DNA of 64,000 bases from a virus. The DNA is taken from IMG/VR virus record IMGVR_UViG_3300049846_002551, positions 29,937 through 93,936 of that record. One strand, 5' to 3'. The notes beneath the pieces are model-generated. The model made no database searches and had not been told where the DNA came from. It saw only the letters and a program-made list of their open reading frames with translations. Position numbers and translations under genes: made by a program. Every line of letters begins with the position of its first letter. Within the stretch, counting starts at the first letter, position 1. Shown piece after piece: positions 19,161 through 29,815 of the stretch.

Positions 19161-22106
19161 ATGCGCGTTGATTCCACTTCTTTTGACCGAATTTGTACGT
19201 TCGGTCTGGTTATGATTGTTAAGAATGGTGCTCATTTACTTTATAGGATTTTAGACCAGATTGCTCCCTCAGATAAAGATGGCATAGGGTTTGATCAAGT
19301 TGTAATTTTGGATACAGGTTCTACGGACGGGACTGTTCAACTTTTAAAAGACAAATACCCTTGGGTTGAGGTGCATGAAGCGAAGTGGGAGTTTGATTTT
19401 TCAATCGCTAGAAATCAAGCATTGAAGTATGTGAATACGGATTTGTGGATGTGGTTAGATGCAGATGACACCTTTACTTCTGAGACGCTTAAGCGGTGGT
19501 TCGAGATTGCAAAGGAGTTATGGTCTAATCGAACGACACCGGGGCATCCTGTTTACGCTTTAATTCCATACATTTATGAGGTGGATAAAAACGATCTTCC
19601 TGTCGTGGTTCATTATCGAGAACGAATCATGTTGGGAACTGAAGGGTGGGAATGGCGAGAACCTTTGCATGAGGTTTGCTATTACAACTTACCTGACGGG
19701 CATTTTGTGGCTTATAATGATTGTCCAGTTGTGCATAGGCCCATAGGTACGGACAATGCGAAAGTTAACGGCGACCGAAACTGGAAAATCATGATGCGAA
19801 ACTATCTAACCGAAGATAAAAGTGATCGCACTCTCTACTACATGGGACGTATGGCGAATGCGCGGCACCAATGGGAATTCGCAATTCAAATTTCTCAACA
19901 ATTACTTTCGCGCTCTCCCGGAGGTTATTACGAATATGAGGCCGCAGTTGCATGCGGAGAAGCTTATGCTGAGTTGTTCAAGCGGGATGACATTGAGGCG
20001 TATAAAGCTAAGGCGATTGAATTTTTAACTATTGCCAAACGGTACGAACCAACGCGCAATGACGCTCGACAGAAACTTTGTGATTTGTATATCTTTAGTC
20101 GAGACACGAAGCTAGCGATCAAGGAGGCTGAAGGTTTGAATGAGGCTATGCCAGCTACGGTTGCGACTACGCTTCCAGCGTATTATGGGAAGTACAAGTA
20201 TTCGGTTTTAGCTTTAATCTATTTTAGACTGGTAGGCAATGTTTGGTTGGCTATGGGGAATCACTTTAAAGCGTTAGATTGCCCGAAACCTCATGCTTCG
20301 TCTTTGCAATTGGATTCTGCGATTCGTGCTTATTTGGATGATCATGACATCGGTGTTATTTACGCGGATGAAAAGTACGTGAACCAAGCGATGGGTTTGC
20401 GAAAGATTTTGTTACAACGTGGGACATTTAAAGAAGTACTTGTGTTTAACGATACACATTGTTTGTCTTTTGCATCTAAATATTATTTCCACTTTACGGA
20501 AAAACTCGATACTCTTTATAAGGAAGATGGGCATCCAAGGCTACGAAAGTTTTTGGTAACACCTCGTCCATTAGAGGAACACCCACTAGGTTATGAAAGC
20601 GTAATTTGCATGCCTGACACTCCAAGTATGCTAGAGGCGTCGCTTGATGAAGCGTTGTCTCCATGTACGTTGGTATCTGGTCAATATGAACCTTTATCGG
20701 AGATTTTCGAACAAACTATGCGATGTCGGTCTGAGCGGGTATGTATCTCGTTTGTAACCGATTTAAATGATTGTCTTATGCAATACGAGAAGTCTAATCC
20801 TACGCAGTTTGATAGACTTAAATTTGTAGTTAATCGGATAGGAGAATGCTTTGGTATTATCGGTTGGACAGAGAGTGTAACATCTCTATTTGTTGATGAG
20901 TTTGGAATTGTAAGAACTCACGCTTTAGACAATATTGATTTTGTGATAGCCGATGAATCCTTTGGGTTTGATCTTGACAAACCAGGCGTTAAGATTCGAG
21001 TGGAATCTGTTGGGCAACCTAAAAAAGTGATTCATATTGTGGCTCCAGGAATTGAAGATTGGGATGGAACTACGCCGCGTAAATGGGGCATAGGGGCTTC
21101 AGAGTCTTGTGTGGTTTATTTAGCGGAAGAACTGGTGAAGCGTGGTCATCAAGTTATAGTTTACAACACTACGTTTAAATCGCGGATTGTGGCGGGTGTT
21201 GGTTATATACACATGGCGCAATATCACGATACCGGGCAACTGTGTGATTTATACATTTCTTCTCGGATTCCGGAAGCTCTTACAGGTCGCAGAGGAAAAA
21301 TGCAGGTTCTATGGATGCATGATATTCCAGAATCGTACACTTATCGAATTACAAATGACCAAGTAATTGATCGATATGTGGCTGTTTCAGAATGGCAATT
21401 ACAACAAGCTATTAAATGTAATCTTAAAGCTAGCAAATGTGTGCATATTCCAAATGGAATTAAGCCGTGGAAAAGTTTTGGAAAGAGAAGAAACGATACT
21501 CGTGTAATTTGGTCGAGTCAACCAGAACGTGGGTTAGATAATTTACATCGTTTTTGGCAAAAGAAGCCTGATTTATTTAGCGATGTTTGGGTGATTTATG
21601 GGTTTTACAATTTGTTAGTTTACGGAAAAGCGCGTAATAACATGGAACTAACGGAAGAAGCGTTCTATGATACTTGTCGATACAAGTATGCGCTTCGGCA
21701 AATGAAAGCGCGGATAGTGGGAAGGATTCCTCACTATCAAGTTTCCCAGTTGGCGCAAGCGTCAGGCCGTTGGATTTATCCTTCGGTGTTTCCAGAGACA
21801 TTTTGTGTGGCGGGATTGGAGATGCTGTATAACGGAGTGCAGTGCTACTATACTAATAATGGCGCAACTTCAGAAATTTTAGGAAAGGCTGGACTACCTG
21901 ATGTGGCAGATGGTAGAGAGGTTCGACGAATCAATTTATCACATGCAGTAGATGGTCCGGCGTTTGAGTTTGATTTGGATGCTAATGATTGGGTTGATAT
22001 GCTGAGTACGCATTTATTGACTGGAACACGCGAGATAGGGTTTTCTAACACCGATTTTTACTGGTCACGCATCGCGGACCAATGGGAGGAATTAATCAAT
22101 GCTTGA
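19161..22106 (+). CDS. Multidomain glycosyltransferase (GT2 + TPR + GT-B/GT4-like)
   Basis: MIVKNG...DTGSTDGT...DFSIARNQAL...WLDADD...LHE; TPR-like helices; C-terminal GASES...LWMHD...IPNGI...SSQPERGL...YPSVFPETFCVAGLE. Confidence 0.85.
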   Translation: MRVDSTSFDRICTFGLVMIVKNGAHLLYRILDQIAPSDKDGIGFDQVVILDTGSTDGTVQLLKDKYPWVEVHEAKWEFDFSIARNQALKYVNTDLWMWLDADDTFTSETLKRWFEIAKELWSNRTTPGHPVYALIPYIYEVDKNDLPVVVHYRERIMLGTEGWEWREPLHEVCYYNLPDGHFVAYNDCPVVHRPIGTDNAKVNGDRNWKIMMRNYLTEDKSDRTLYYMGRMANARHQWEFAIQISQQLLSRSPGGYYEYEAAVACGEAYAELFKRDDIEAYKAKAIEFLTIAKRYEPTRNDARQKLCDLYIFSRDTKLAIKEAEGLNEAMPATVATTLPAYYGKYKYSVLALIYFRLVGNVWLAMGNHFKALDCPKPHASSLQLDSAIRAYLDDHDIGVIYADEKYVNQAMGLRKILLQRGTFKEVLVFNDTHCLSFASKYYFHFTEKLDTLYKEDGHPRLRKFLVTPRPLEEHPLGYESVICMPDTPSMLEASLDEALSPCTLVSGQYEPLSEIFEQTMRCRSERVCISFVTDLNDCLMQYEKSNPTQFDRLKFVVNRIGECFGIIGWTESVTSLFVDEFGIVRTHALDNIDFVIADESFGFDLDKPGVKIRVESVGQPKKVIHIVAPGIEDWDGTTPRKWGIGASESCVVYLAEELVKRGHQVIVYNTTFKSRIVAGVGYIHMAQYHDTGQLCDLYISSRIPEALTGRRGKMQVLWMHDIPESYTYRITNDQVIDRYVAVSEWQLQQAIKCNLKASKCVHIPNGIKPWKSFGKRRNDTRVIWSSQPERGLDNLHRFWQKKPDLFSDVWVIYGFYNLLVYGKARNNMELTEEAFYDTCRYKYALRQMKARIVGRIPHYQVSQLAQASGRWIYPSVFPETFCVAGLEMLYNGVQCYYTNNGATSEILGKAGLPDVADGREVRRINLSHAVDGPAFEFDLDANDWVDMLSTHLLTGTREIGFSNTDFYWSRIADQWEELINA

Positions 22107-22890
22107 TGGAGAACAACAAATGGAATGTAAGACACCGGAGGAAGTTTACGCTTCTTGGTTTAATCATATTCAAAGTATCCATGCTACGAATCCAAATCGT
22201 CATTCCAATCAAGCGAGTTATGACGCAACATTACGGGATAACTATCCTTGGGCTTTTTGGAATTTAAAACAAAACGACTTGCATTTGGTTTGTCACGATA
22301 TTGGTTGCGCGTATGGTACGTTGTCTTTGGGGGCTTACACTTTAGGTTACAAAGTTTATGCCGTCGATATTGTGGATGAGTATGTAAATGCGGAAGCACT
22401 CAGTTTTAGAGGTATACCATTTATTCAACACGATATTGAGAGTGGGCCTGTACCTGATGTTCCTGAAGCAGATGTTGTGTTGTTTACAGAAGTGTTAGAG
22501 CACCTAAATAGTAATCCAATTCGTGCTATTTGTAATGTTCGAAATATGATGAAACCAGGTGCGCTTTTGATTTTATCAACACCTCGTTTTGAAGATAGTC
22601 GTCATTATCGTGGTCGCTATCAAGTAGGGCTTGATCCAGTTGAGCGTTGGACCGATATTCCGCTTAAAAGTTCTGAAGAGTGGATTGATGCTCATACATA
22701 TCTTTATACCGAAGTAGAATTGCGGCAATTACTTGATCTATGTGGTTTTAAAATTCTACAAACAGGTAATCCTTGGGGAGGGTTAACGACTGGAATTACA
22801 GCGTATAAGACTATCGAAGTGGATACGTTGGTGACTGCTAGAGCGTATCAGTATGTGGAACTTATGCAAGAGAAAAGCGTGAAATCGTAA
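22099..22890 (+). CDS. Class I SAM-dependent methyltransferase
   Basis: DIGCAYG motif I; EVLEHL...KPGALLILSTP. Confidence 0.85.
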   Translation: MLDGEQQMECKTPEEVYASWFNHIQSIHATNPNRHSNQASYDATLRDNYPWAFWNLKQNDLHLVCHDIGCAYGTLSLGAYTLGYKVYAVDIVDEYVNAEALSFRGIPFIQHDIESGPVPDVPEADVVLFTEVLEHLNSNPIRAICNVRNMMKPGALLILSTPRFEDSRHYRGRYQVGLDPVERWTDIPLKSSEEWIDAHTYLYTEVELRQLLDLCGFKILQTGNPWGGLTTGITAYKTIEVDTLVTARAYQYVELMQEKSVKS

Positions 22891-23555
22891 TGGATGTTGT
22901 TGTGATCCCTTTTCGCAATGAGGAAAAAAACATTCCACTTACTCTCGAAAATATTCCATCCATCTATCCAATTATTATGGTAGATGGGGCTGGAGATAAA
23001 GCTTCCATTGATAAATCACGCTATGTGGCACAGAGTTCTCATCCGATGGTTGCGATAGTGGAGCAAGTTGGGGAAGGGTACGGTGGCGCAGTACTAACTG
23101 GAATTAAGTTTGCGTTGAAGATGAATGTTAAACCTTCCGATTACATTATTGTGATGGATGTTCAATCCCATAATTTTAGAGAAATGTTAGTGGCTTTACA
23201 TAACTACAAAGGTGAGGCTGATGTGATTGCAGGTAATCGTAAAGTTCAACATAAGTCTATTTTTCGCAAATGTCTTTCAAAGTTGGCGCGGATATTTTGT
23301 TTAAGCCCGATTCACGATTCTTCGAGCGGGTTTAGGGCGTACAAAAAACATGCGGCGCAAAGTATTGTAGATCGATATACGGGAAGGCGCATTCCGTCGT
23401 ATGCATTTAATATGGCGATTGCGCTTCACCCCAAAATTATGGATAAGACTTGGTGCGTTAAAGAATTTTCTATGACCTATGTAGGGGGAAAGACAGGTTT
23501 AAATTGGAAGGAAATTTGGAAAGTCTTTATTTGGAGAATTGGATGCTATCGATAA
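22890..23555 (+). CDS. GT2 glycosyltransferase (polyprenol-phosphate glycosyltransferase-like)
   Basis: VVIPFRNEE...VD...GYGGA...DSSSGFRAY. Confidence 0.75.
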   Translation: MDVVVIPFRNEEKNIPLTLENIPSIYPIIMVDGAGDKASIDKSRYVAQSSHPMVAIVEQVGEGYGGAVLTGIKFALKMNVKPSDYIIVMDVQSHNFREMLVALHNYKGEADVIAGNRKVQHKSIFRKCLSKLARIFCLSPIHDSSSGFRAYKKHAAQSIVDRYTGRRIPSYAFNMAIALHPKIMDKTWCVKEFSMTYVGGKTGLNWKEIWKVFIWRIGCYR

Positions 23556-24202
23556 TTATTCCAACGAAAGGCCGAAGTGACTCGTTAGTTCGGTGTTTAA
23601 CGGCGATTATTCATGAGACAGCCACCCCATTTGAAATTATTTTGGTGAACTATGACTATGATGGGTTGGTTGTGCATGACCTGCCTAATAGTCGAGTTTT
23701 GCATTATCCTGGTTGTAGTTACGCTTTCGGGATTAATCGTGGATGTGAAGTGGCAAGCGGCGATTATTTTACAGTTCCTGGAATTGCAAACGATATTGAA
23801 GTAACGAAGCATTGGGATGTTTCTTTAATTGAGGCTTTGCAGGATCAGCGTGTTGGTATGGCAGTTCCTGGAGTTCAAGAACGTAGCGTGGTCGACGGTC
23901 CGGTTTACGGCGCGTTTATAAGTCCGCCAGCTTTTAATCTGGATTGGAATCAAATGCCGGAATACGCAGGGTATGGAGTGGTTAGGCGCGACGTGTTTCA
24001 AAATGTGGGGTTGATGGATGAGAATTTTACACCTATCTATTTAGAAGATGTTGATTACGGGTTAAGGGTACTGACAGCAGGATACACCATTAAACCATGC
24101 CGAGAATCATTGATTATTCATCATCACGAACTCGAAGGACGCACTTACGTAAATCAAGCGAATAAGGAATACTTTTACAAGAAATGGAACATTCAGATTT
24201 AG
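23543..24202 (+). CDS. GT2 glycosyltransferase
   Basis: SIIIPT...NRG...VGLMDENF..YLEDVDYGLR; GGAG RBS before ATG 23543. Confidence 0.85.
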   Translation: MLSIIIPTKGRSDSLVRCLTAIIHETATPFEIILVNYDYDGLVVHDLPNSRVLHYPGCSYAFGINRGCEVASGDYFTVPGIANDIEVTKHWDVSLIEALQDQRVGMAVPGVQERSVVDGPVYGAFISPPAFNLDWNQMPEYAGYGVVRRDVFQNVGLMDENFTPIYLEDVDYGLRVLTAGYTIKPCRESLIIHHHELEGRTYVNQANKEYFYKKWNIQI

Positions 24203-25035
24203 CTGTACAGATTAACGCAAATGGCGGTCACAGAGGCGTAAGTGCAATTGTTTTAAACTGGAATGAATTGCATGTTGTAAAAGGGACGATTGAATTTTTA
24301 AACCAAGAGACTCTTATAGACGAGATTATTCTTGTCGACAACGGTTCACGTGACGGTTCTCCGGAATATTTCACTCATCTATCCAAGCGTCGAGAATATG
24401 TGGAGAGAGTTAGAACTGTTTTGTTGAATAAAAATTATGGGTCGTCTATTGGTAGAAATGTCGGGTTAGGGTTAGCGAGTAGAGAAAGTATCTTTTTAAT
24501 TGACGGAGATATCTTGTATGTTCCTGGCACTATTCCGTTTTATCAAAAGATTTTGGATTCGTATCCAGAGTGTGGGTGTGTTGGCTATAATGATTATGAA
24601 CGTGTACAAGCAACTGGAATGAATGGAACTGCAAATTACAAAGAAGCACAAACAGTTATGCAAAGTACGGTGCAATTGTCGAAGTGGTTTCCAATGGCTT
24701 GGACACAGTATGGTTTATTTCGCGGTGATTTGTTACGCAAACTGCAATTTGTAACTGAAGGTTGTTTTGGAGAGTGTGGTCATGGCTATGAGGACGATTG
24801 GTTGTATCATGCGATGGAACAAGAAGGCTACTACTCTATTGCGGTAAATGCCCCACTATACTATCATGATGGGCATTACTCGTTACGATTAATGCAAGAA
24901 ATGAATCTTTCAGATCGTGGAGAGGAACGGGCCAAATTATTTTATGCCAAATGGGGAGAGGGCAACGGTTGGCGTGAGCGTATGGGTACGATTCCTTATC
25001 AGGAAAAGAGGCCATTTCGTGTATATCCGTCCTAG
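24184..25035 (+). CDS. GT2 glycosyltransferase
   Basis: VSAIVLNWN...VDNGSRDGS...GRNVG...IDGD...GYEDD. Confidence 0.85.
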   Translation: MEHSDLAVQINANGGHRGVSAIVLNWNELHVVKGTIEFLNQETLIDEIILVDNGSRDGSPEYFTHLSKRREYVERVRTVLLNKNYGSSIGRNVGLGLASRESIFLIDGDILYVPGTIPFYQKILDSYPECGCVGYNDYERVQATGMNGTANYKEAQTVMQSTVQLSKWFPMAWTQYGLFRGDLLRKLQFVTEGCFGECGHGYEDDWLYHAMEQEGYYSIAVNAPLYYHDGHYSLRLMQEMNLSDRGEERAKLFYAKWGEGNGWRERMGTIPYQEKRPFRVYPS

Positions 25036-26425
25036 TTATAATCGGGGGGAAATTGTTGGTAATGTTCCAGCGAAGTTAGAGGCCCTACTCCAAAATGAAT
25101 TTGTTTGGTATGACATTAACGATTTAACCAATCCTGTTTATTTTTATTCCAATAAGGTGATGTACCTTGGGTTGATGTTTCAAGTCGCAGAATTCATAAC
25201 TGAATATGGTATCGAGTGCACAGTTAATCTCCCTAATTTGGACAAGCTTGATCGATATGATTGGAAGTTTATTGGCACTTATAGAGCTAAACAAAAAGAG
25301 GCTGTGAATGCGCTATACGCTTCACGTTATGGTGCATTAAAGGCTCCGCCTGGGTTTGGTAAAACTACAGTTGCATCGGCGTTAATTGCTAGAATTGGTT
25401 TGAAAACAGCGATTATTGTACAAGCGGGAGAACCGTTTGATCAGGCTTACAACACGATTCTTAAGATGACAAACATTAAGCATATAGGTCGAGTGTCTGG
25501 AGAATATAAGGATTTAGGAGATGTTACGGTCTACATGATTCAAACGTTGTCAAATGAGATTGCTGAGAATCCTAAAGGAGAAATTGCTACTGCTTTCGCG
25601 CAATCGCAAGTCGTGATTGTTGATGAACACCATCATTCAGCGGCGGATACTTATTTGCTAGCTTTAAATTTTGTAACTAATCCGCAATTTGTTTTTGGTT
25701 TTAGTGCAACCCCAGAAGATAGAGAGGACGGTTTGCAACCTTTTGTAAACGCTTATATAGGTCGTCCAGTATTTGAGGTTACATATGGTGAGCAGATTGC
25801 ACACGGGCATCTATGTCCTGTTACGGTTTATGTGATGCGAATGCCGGAAAGAGACTTCGGATACTCCAAAAATCGTAGTATTCCCGCGTTTCGGAAGAGG
25901 CAGTTATATCAAGAAGTTTATCAAGAGTATGTGGTTGAAAATCGAGAAAGGAATAACGAAGCGTTGTTTTTTACTCAAGATATGATTGATGAAGGACATT
26001 CGGTGGCAATTATTGTTTCGAGAATTCCACACGCTCACGAAATTCATAAGCTGTATCCGCAAGCTGTGGTTTTAACGAGCAGTACACCTAAAAGCGAAAG
26101 ACGGGATATTTTAGAAAAACTTCGTTCCAAAGAGATAATGTGCGTGGTAACCACTTTGTTTGATGAAGCAACCGATGTTCCTTCGTTGGGTGCTGTTTGC
26201 ATGCTTGCGGGTGGTAAAACGGAGATACGGTTGCGTCAGCGTATTCGTTCAACGCGAACATTTTCTGGACCGACAGCTAGAGGCCATTACAACAAAACTC
26301 GTGGATACGTATGGTATCCAATAGATCAAGCGGACTTTTTGCAGTCCCATTCTACGAAGTGCTTGAAAATTTTAAAGTCGATTGTACAGGAACATCCGGA
26401 GAACGAATTAGTATGGATACAATAG
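25019..26425 (+). CDS. SF2 DEAD/DEAH-like helicase (UvsW/Res-III-like)
   Basis: APPGFGKT Walker A, DEHHH, SATP; start likely GTG 25019 (ORF track 24917). Confidence 0.8.
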   Translation: MYIRPSYNRGEIVGNVPAKLEALLQNEFVWYDINDLTNPVYFYSNKVMYLGLMFQVAEFITEYGIECTVNLPNLDKLDRYDWKFIGTYRAKQKEAVNALYASRYGALKAPPGFGKTTVASALIARIGLKTAIIVQAGEPFDQAYNTILKMTNIKHIGRVSGEYKDLGDVTVYMIQTLSNEIAENPKGEIATAFAQSQVVIVDEHHHSAADTYLLALNFVTNPQFVFGFSATPEDREDGLQPFVNAYIGRPVFEVTYGEQIAHGHLCPVTVYVMRMPERDFGYSKNRSIPAFRKRQLYQEVYQEYVVENRERNNEALFFTQDMIDEGHSVAIIVSRIPHAHEIHKLYPQAVVLTSSTPKSERRDILEKLRSKEIMCVVTTLFDEATDVPSLGAVCMLAGGKTEIRLRQRIRSTRTFSGPTARGHYNKTRGYVWYPIDQADFLQSHSTKCLKILKSIVQEHPENELVWIQ

Positions 26426-26829
26426 GGTCACCTTTTTGGTTGTATATTCGTTTATTTGCGGATGCCATGAACATTGATTATTCGTTGTTTAAACGACGGT
26501 TCACGGATTTGCACATTAAGGAATTTAATGTTAGGATTAGTAACTGGAAAACCACTAATGGTTGGAGTAATAAAGAGGTATGTGGTTTAATATATTATTG
26601 CTATCTGCATAATCCTTTGGCTTCGGTGGATTTGAAATTGTATGGTCAGGCTGACAATATCGGTAAGTGTGTGAGTACCTATGCGAAATGGTTAAGAGCC
26701 AATCAAGAACGCATAGAAAAAGATGGGTTATTGAAAGCGATTTTTTCTACGAGTCCAAACACTACTTATTCTGAATTGAGTCGTGCCATGTCTTTGGATG
26801 AAGTGCACGAAATTTATGGCAAACATTGA
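26413..26829 (+). CDS. Hypothetical protein (possible replication initiator-associated)
   Basis: Coupled ORF between helicase and DnaC-like gene. Confidence 0.5.
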   Translation: MDTIGSPFWLYIRLFADAMNIDYSLFKRRFTDLHIKEFNVRISNWKTTNGWSNKEVCGLIYYCYLHNPLASVDLKLYGQADNIGKCVSTYAKWLRANQERIEKDGLLKAIFSTSPNTTYSELSRAMSLDEVHEIYGKH

Positions 26830-27610
26830 GCCGAATCAGTATATTCAATATGAGAAATGGTGCCGTAGCGATCATAAAAAATTAACGGCATTAGAGCAAG
26901 CGCGTGTTTTGCGTCTTAAAGAATTAGACGCGCTATGCAAAAAGTGTCGAATGTTTCCAGACGATCAAATGAAATGTGAGGGAACCAGGCAAGTGTTTCC
27001 AGTAAACGCGGAAAAAATTGACCCTAAGTTTTTTCGTTTAGAGATGCAATCTTGTCACAAGCTTGACGCTAAAGTTGATCATCAAATGTATTTGGAGCGT
27101 TTAAAGAGGGCTGGGATTTCAAAGAAGATGGCGACGGAATTACTACGCACTAATTCACCAAGATTGTCAACGGAAGTTACAAAGAAAGGTGGGCATCTGT
27201 ATTTTGATAAAAAGAAACTACATGATTTCACTTATGAAATACTATCGGACGGGTTAGACCTTAAGATTAAGGAATACATTATTGCTTTAGCGAACTGCGG
27301 GTTTCAAGGTGTGTACTTATTCACCGTCAATTTTTATCGTAGTTGGGTGCAAGGGTCTAGCCGGGTCGAGAACATTAAAACTATTCAAGGTCCTTTAATT
27401 GATTGTGATTGGTTAGTGGTTGAAGCCATTGACTATTCAACGGAAGCGACTTATTTCCGCGAAGCATTGTTTACGATTGTTAGGACGCGAGTCTCACAAT
27501 TGAAACCTACTACGATTATTCAGACGCGAAATACACCGCAGTTTCAAAGTGAGATGGAAAAGACGTTTTTTGCGGAGGTTATGAAGTGGCCCAAAATCAA
27601 TCTTACGTAA
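26816..27610 (+). CDS. Degenerate DnaC/IstB-like helicase loader
   Basis: Cys cluster at N-terminus; C-terminal DCDWLVVEAID...LFTIVRTRVSQLKPTTII; no intact Walker A. Confidence 0.55.
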   Translation: MANIEPNQYIQYEKWCRSDHKKLTALEQARVLRLKELDALCKKCRMFPDDQMKCEGTRQVFPVNAEKIDPKFFRLEMQSCHKLDAKVDHQMYLERLKRAGISKKMATELLRTNSPRLSTEVTKKGGHLYFDKKKLHDFTYEILSDGLDLKIKEYIIALANCGFQGVYLFTVNFYRSWVQGSSRVENIKTIQGPLIDCDWLVVEAIDYSTEATYFREALFTIVRTRVSQLKPTTIIQTRNTPQFQSEMEKTFFAEVMKWPKINLT

Positions 27611-27906
27611 TTACAATTGTGGGTTGTAGTCATTATTCTGAAGGCTGTTCCGCTATGTTAAACGATGATGACTGGATGGACGCGCTTACTTTCGAATGGG
27701 ATGTCCATAATGTACATGATGATACGGCTGTTATTGTAAAATATACAAAACACGTTATCGGTTTTGTTTCGAGAGCCACAAAAGATTTAGTTTGGAAAGC
27801 GGTGAAGGCAAAGCGCATGATTAATATTTTGGGTTTAGTGGAATGTGCTTTTGTGGATAAATCCCATACGCAACTTAAGTGGTTTTCGGTGGAGGTAAGT
27901 GAGTAG
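27586..27906 (+). CDS. HIRAN-domain protein
   Basis: IVGCSHY...NVHDDTAVIV...IGFVSR. Confidence 0.65.
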   Translation: MAQNQSYVITIVGCSHYSEGCSAMLNDDDWMDALTFEWDVHNVHDDTAVIVKYTKHVIGFVSRATKDLVWKAVKAKRMINILGLVECAFVDKSHTQLKWFSVEVSE

Positions 27907-29342
27907 TGGAGCCTATTTACGCTAAGTTTTTAAGCTACGTGATTGATATGAACGGTCAACTTGACCCTTTGTATGCACGAAAAATTTTCGCTAACACGGT
28001 TCTAACTTCGGAGTTCTTTTACGAGTATGACGCAAAAGCGAACACTTTTACTCCGACTGAAGCTTCGTTATTGTTTGATTTTTCAAAAGAACAATTTCAT
28101 CGGTATGATGCTCCTGCAACTGTTGATTCTATTGTTACGGAAGTGATGAAGCGTAGTGAGTTGTCTACGTTCGATAAAGAGCGAATCAACGAAGCTTTGA
28201 TTGTTATTTCTCAAGTGGGGGTAGTTCCTAATGATTTTGAATATAGTCTCGATTGCGTAATTGAAGCTTATACGGCTAATAAGACTATGCAAATTATGCA
28301 ACGTGGAACCGCGACTTTAAAAAATGATCCACGTGGTGGTGTTGAATATCTAGTTCAATCGTTAACACAGGTGCTTGCTTACCAGAGACTAGAGGAAACC
28401 GCGATTGAGCGCACGTTGACGCTGAGTACGTTTGCCGAATATCTGAAAGAGGAACTTCAAGAGAAAGGTTCGATCATGTCGGGTAGCGTGTCGTACCCTT
28501 ATTTAGATGCGAATAGGATTTTAGGTGGCATGGCTCCTGGAGAGTTAATCGTTATTGCAGGACCTTCAGGTTCTGGAAAAAGCTTTATAGGGCATGATAT
28601 TGCTTATTATGCGGCGTTGTCTTGCGGATTGAATACTGTTTGCGCTGATCGTGAAATGCTTCATCCTCAAAATGGTTTGAGGTTTTTATCTCGACAGACA
28701 CAAATACCTTCAAGAAAATTGCGTAATAAACGCAGTCGAACAGATGCGGAAAATCAGCTAATTGACGCCGCATTAGAAGAATATGTGAACATTATTTCCG
28801 AGCAAGACCCTCTTCTTTTTATTCCACCTAAACTTTGTGCTAACACATATATGATTCGTAGAGAGATTGATAAGCATTGGGGTACGCGAAAGCCAGATTT
28901 GATTATTGCAGATTATCTAACAGAGTTTGAGCCTACTATAAGACGAGAAGGGTGGGAAGAAGTTCGACAGGTGACGCATGATTTAAAACAACTCGGTTTA
29001 TATTATGCATGTCCTGTAGTAACGATGGCGCAGATTAATCAGCGGAAAGAAGTGCAGTATCGAACGATTAAACATATTTGCGATACATTGTTGATTATTG
29101 AAGAGGACGCTGATCAACCCTATGTTCCCCCTAAAGTGGATGAGTTTGTGGGTTCACCTGGTATTATCCATTGTACGGTTGATAAAGCGCGGAATGAAGC
29201 GCATAACGTCGGTTTCTCTTTGGAAATCGAGTTTGCGACGGCTTCTGTTCAAGCCGCTCCAGAGTATGGAAGAACTGCTATTGGCAGAGAATTGCAGAAA
29301 TCTCCATATGATCAGGATGAGGATGCAGACTTACAAGATTAA
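27906..29342 (+). CDS. dnaB: DnaB-like replicative helicase
   Basis: GELIVIAGPSGSGKS, IIADYL, MAQINQ, KARN. Confidence 0.9.
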   Translation: MEPIYAKFLSYVIDMNGQLDPLYARKIFANTVLTSEFFYEYDAKANTFTPTEASLLFDFSKEQFHRYDAPATVDSIVTEVMKRSELSTFDKERINEALIVISQVGVVPNDFEYSLDCVIEAYTANKTMQIMQRGTATLKNDPRGGVEYLVQSLTQVLAYQRLEETAIERTLTLSTFAEYLKEELQEKGSIMSGSVSYPYLDANRILGGMAPGELIVIAGPSGSGKSFIGHDIAYYAALSCGLNTVCADREMLHPQNGLRFLSRQTQIPSRKLRNKRSRTDAENQLIDAALEEYVNIISEQDPLLFIPPKLCANTYMIRREIDKHWGTRKPDLIIADYLTEFEPTIRREGWEEVRQVTHDLKQLGLYYACPVVTMAQINQRKEVQYRTIKHICDTLLIIEEDADQPYVPPKVDEFVGSPGIIHCTVDKARNEAHNVGFSLEIEFATASVQAAPEYGRTAIGRELQKSPYDQDEDADLQD

Positions 29343-29815
29343 TGTTTGATAAACGCGATATTGTAGAAGTGGCAGAGGAACTTGGAATCGAGTTGACTTA
29401 TCACGAACACACGGACAGACCTTACTATATGGGTTTCTGTCCGTTGCATGATAATGTTAAAACTCCTGCCTTTGTAATATTTCCACGCATACAACGTTTT
29501 TATTGCTACGGTTGTACACCTGAAGGTGGAGATGTTATAGATTTAATTCGAAAAAAAGAAGGGTTGAGTTTTAAACAAGCAGTACAACGAGTTACGATTG
29601 CACTTACAGCCGAAGATTCGTTTTTAAAGAGGTTGAAGCAGAACACTAATACTGTGGATTTAAACTATTTGCAGATTCGTGCTATGAAATTGAATGACGA
29701 GCCGCGCCGTTTAAACTTCAATACGGTTCAGCGTCTATATCAACAGTTTGATTTTTTAATCTCGGAAAACAGGTGGTTGGAAGCAGATCATCTTCTTAGG
29801 AAAGTTGGCGCATGA
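29342..29815 (+). CDS. Primase CHC2 zinc-binding domain (stand-alone)
   Basis: CPLHDNVKTPAF...FYCYGC...GDVIDL...GLSFKQAV. Confidence 0.85.
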   Translation: MFDKRDIVEVAEELGIELTYHEHTDRPYYMGFCPLHDNVKTPAFVIFPRIQRFYCYGCTPEGGDVIDLIRKKEGLSFKQAVQRVTIALTAEDSFLKRLKQNTNTVDLNYLQIRAMKLNDEPRRLNFNTVQRLYQQFDFLISENRWLEADHLLRKVGA

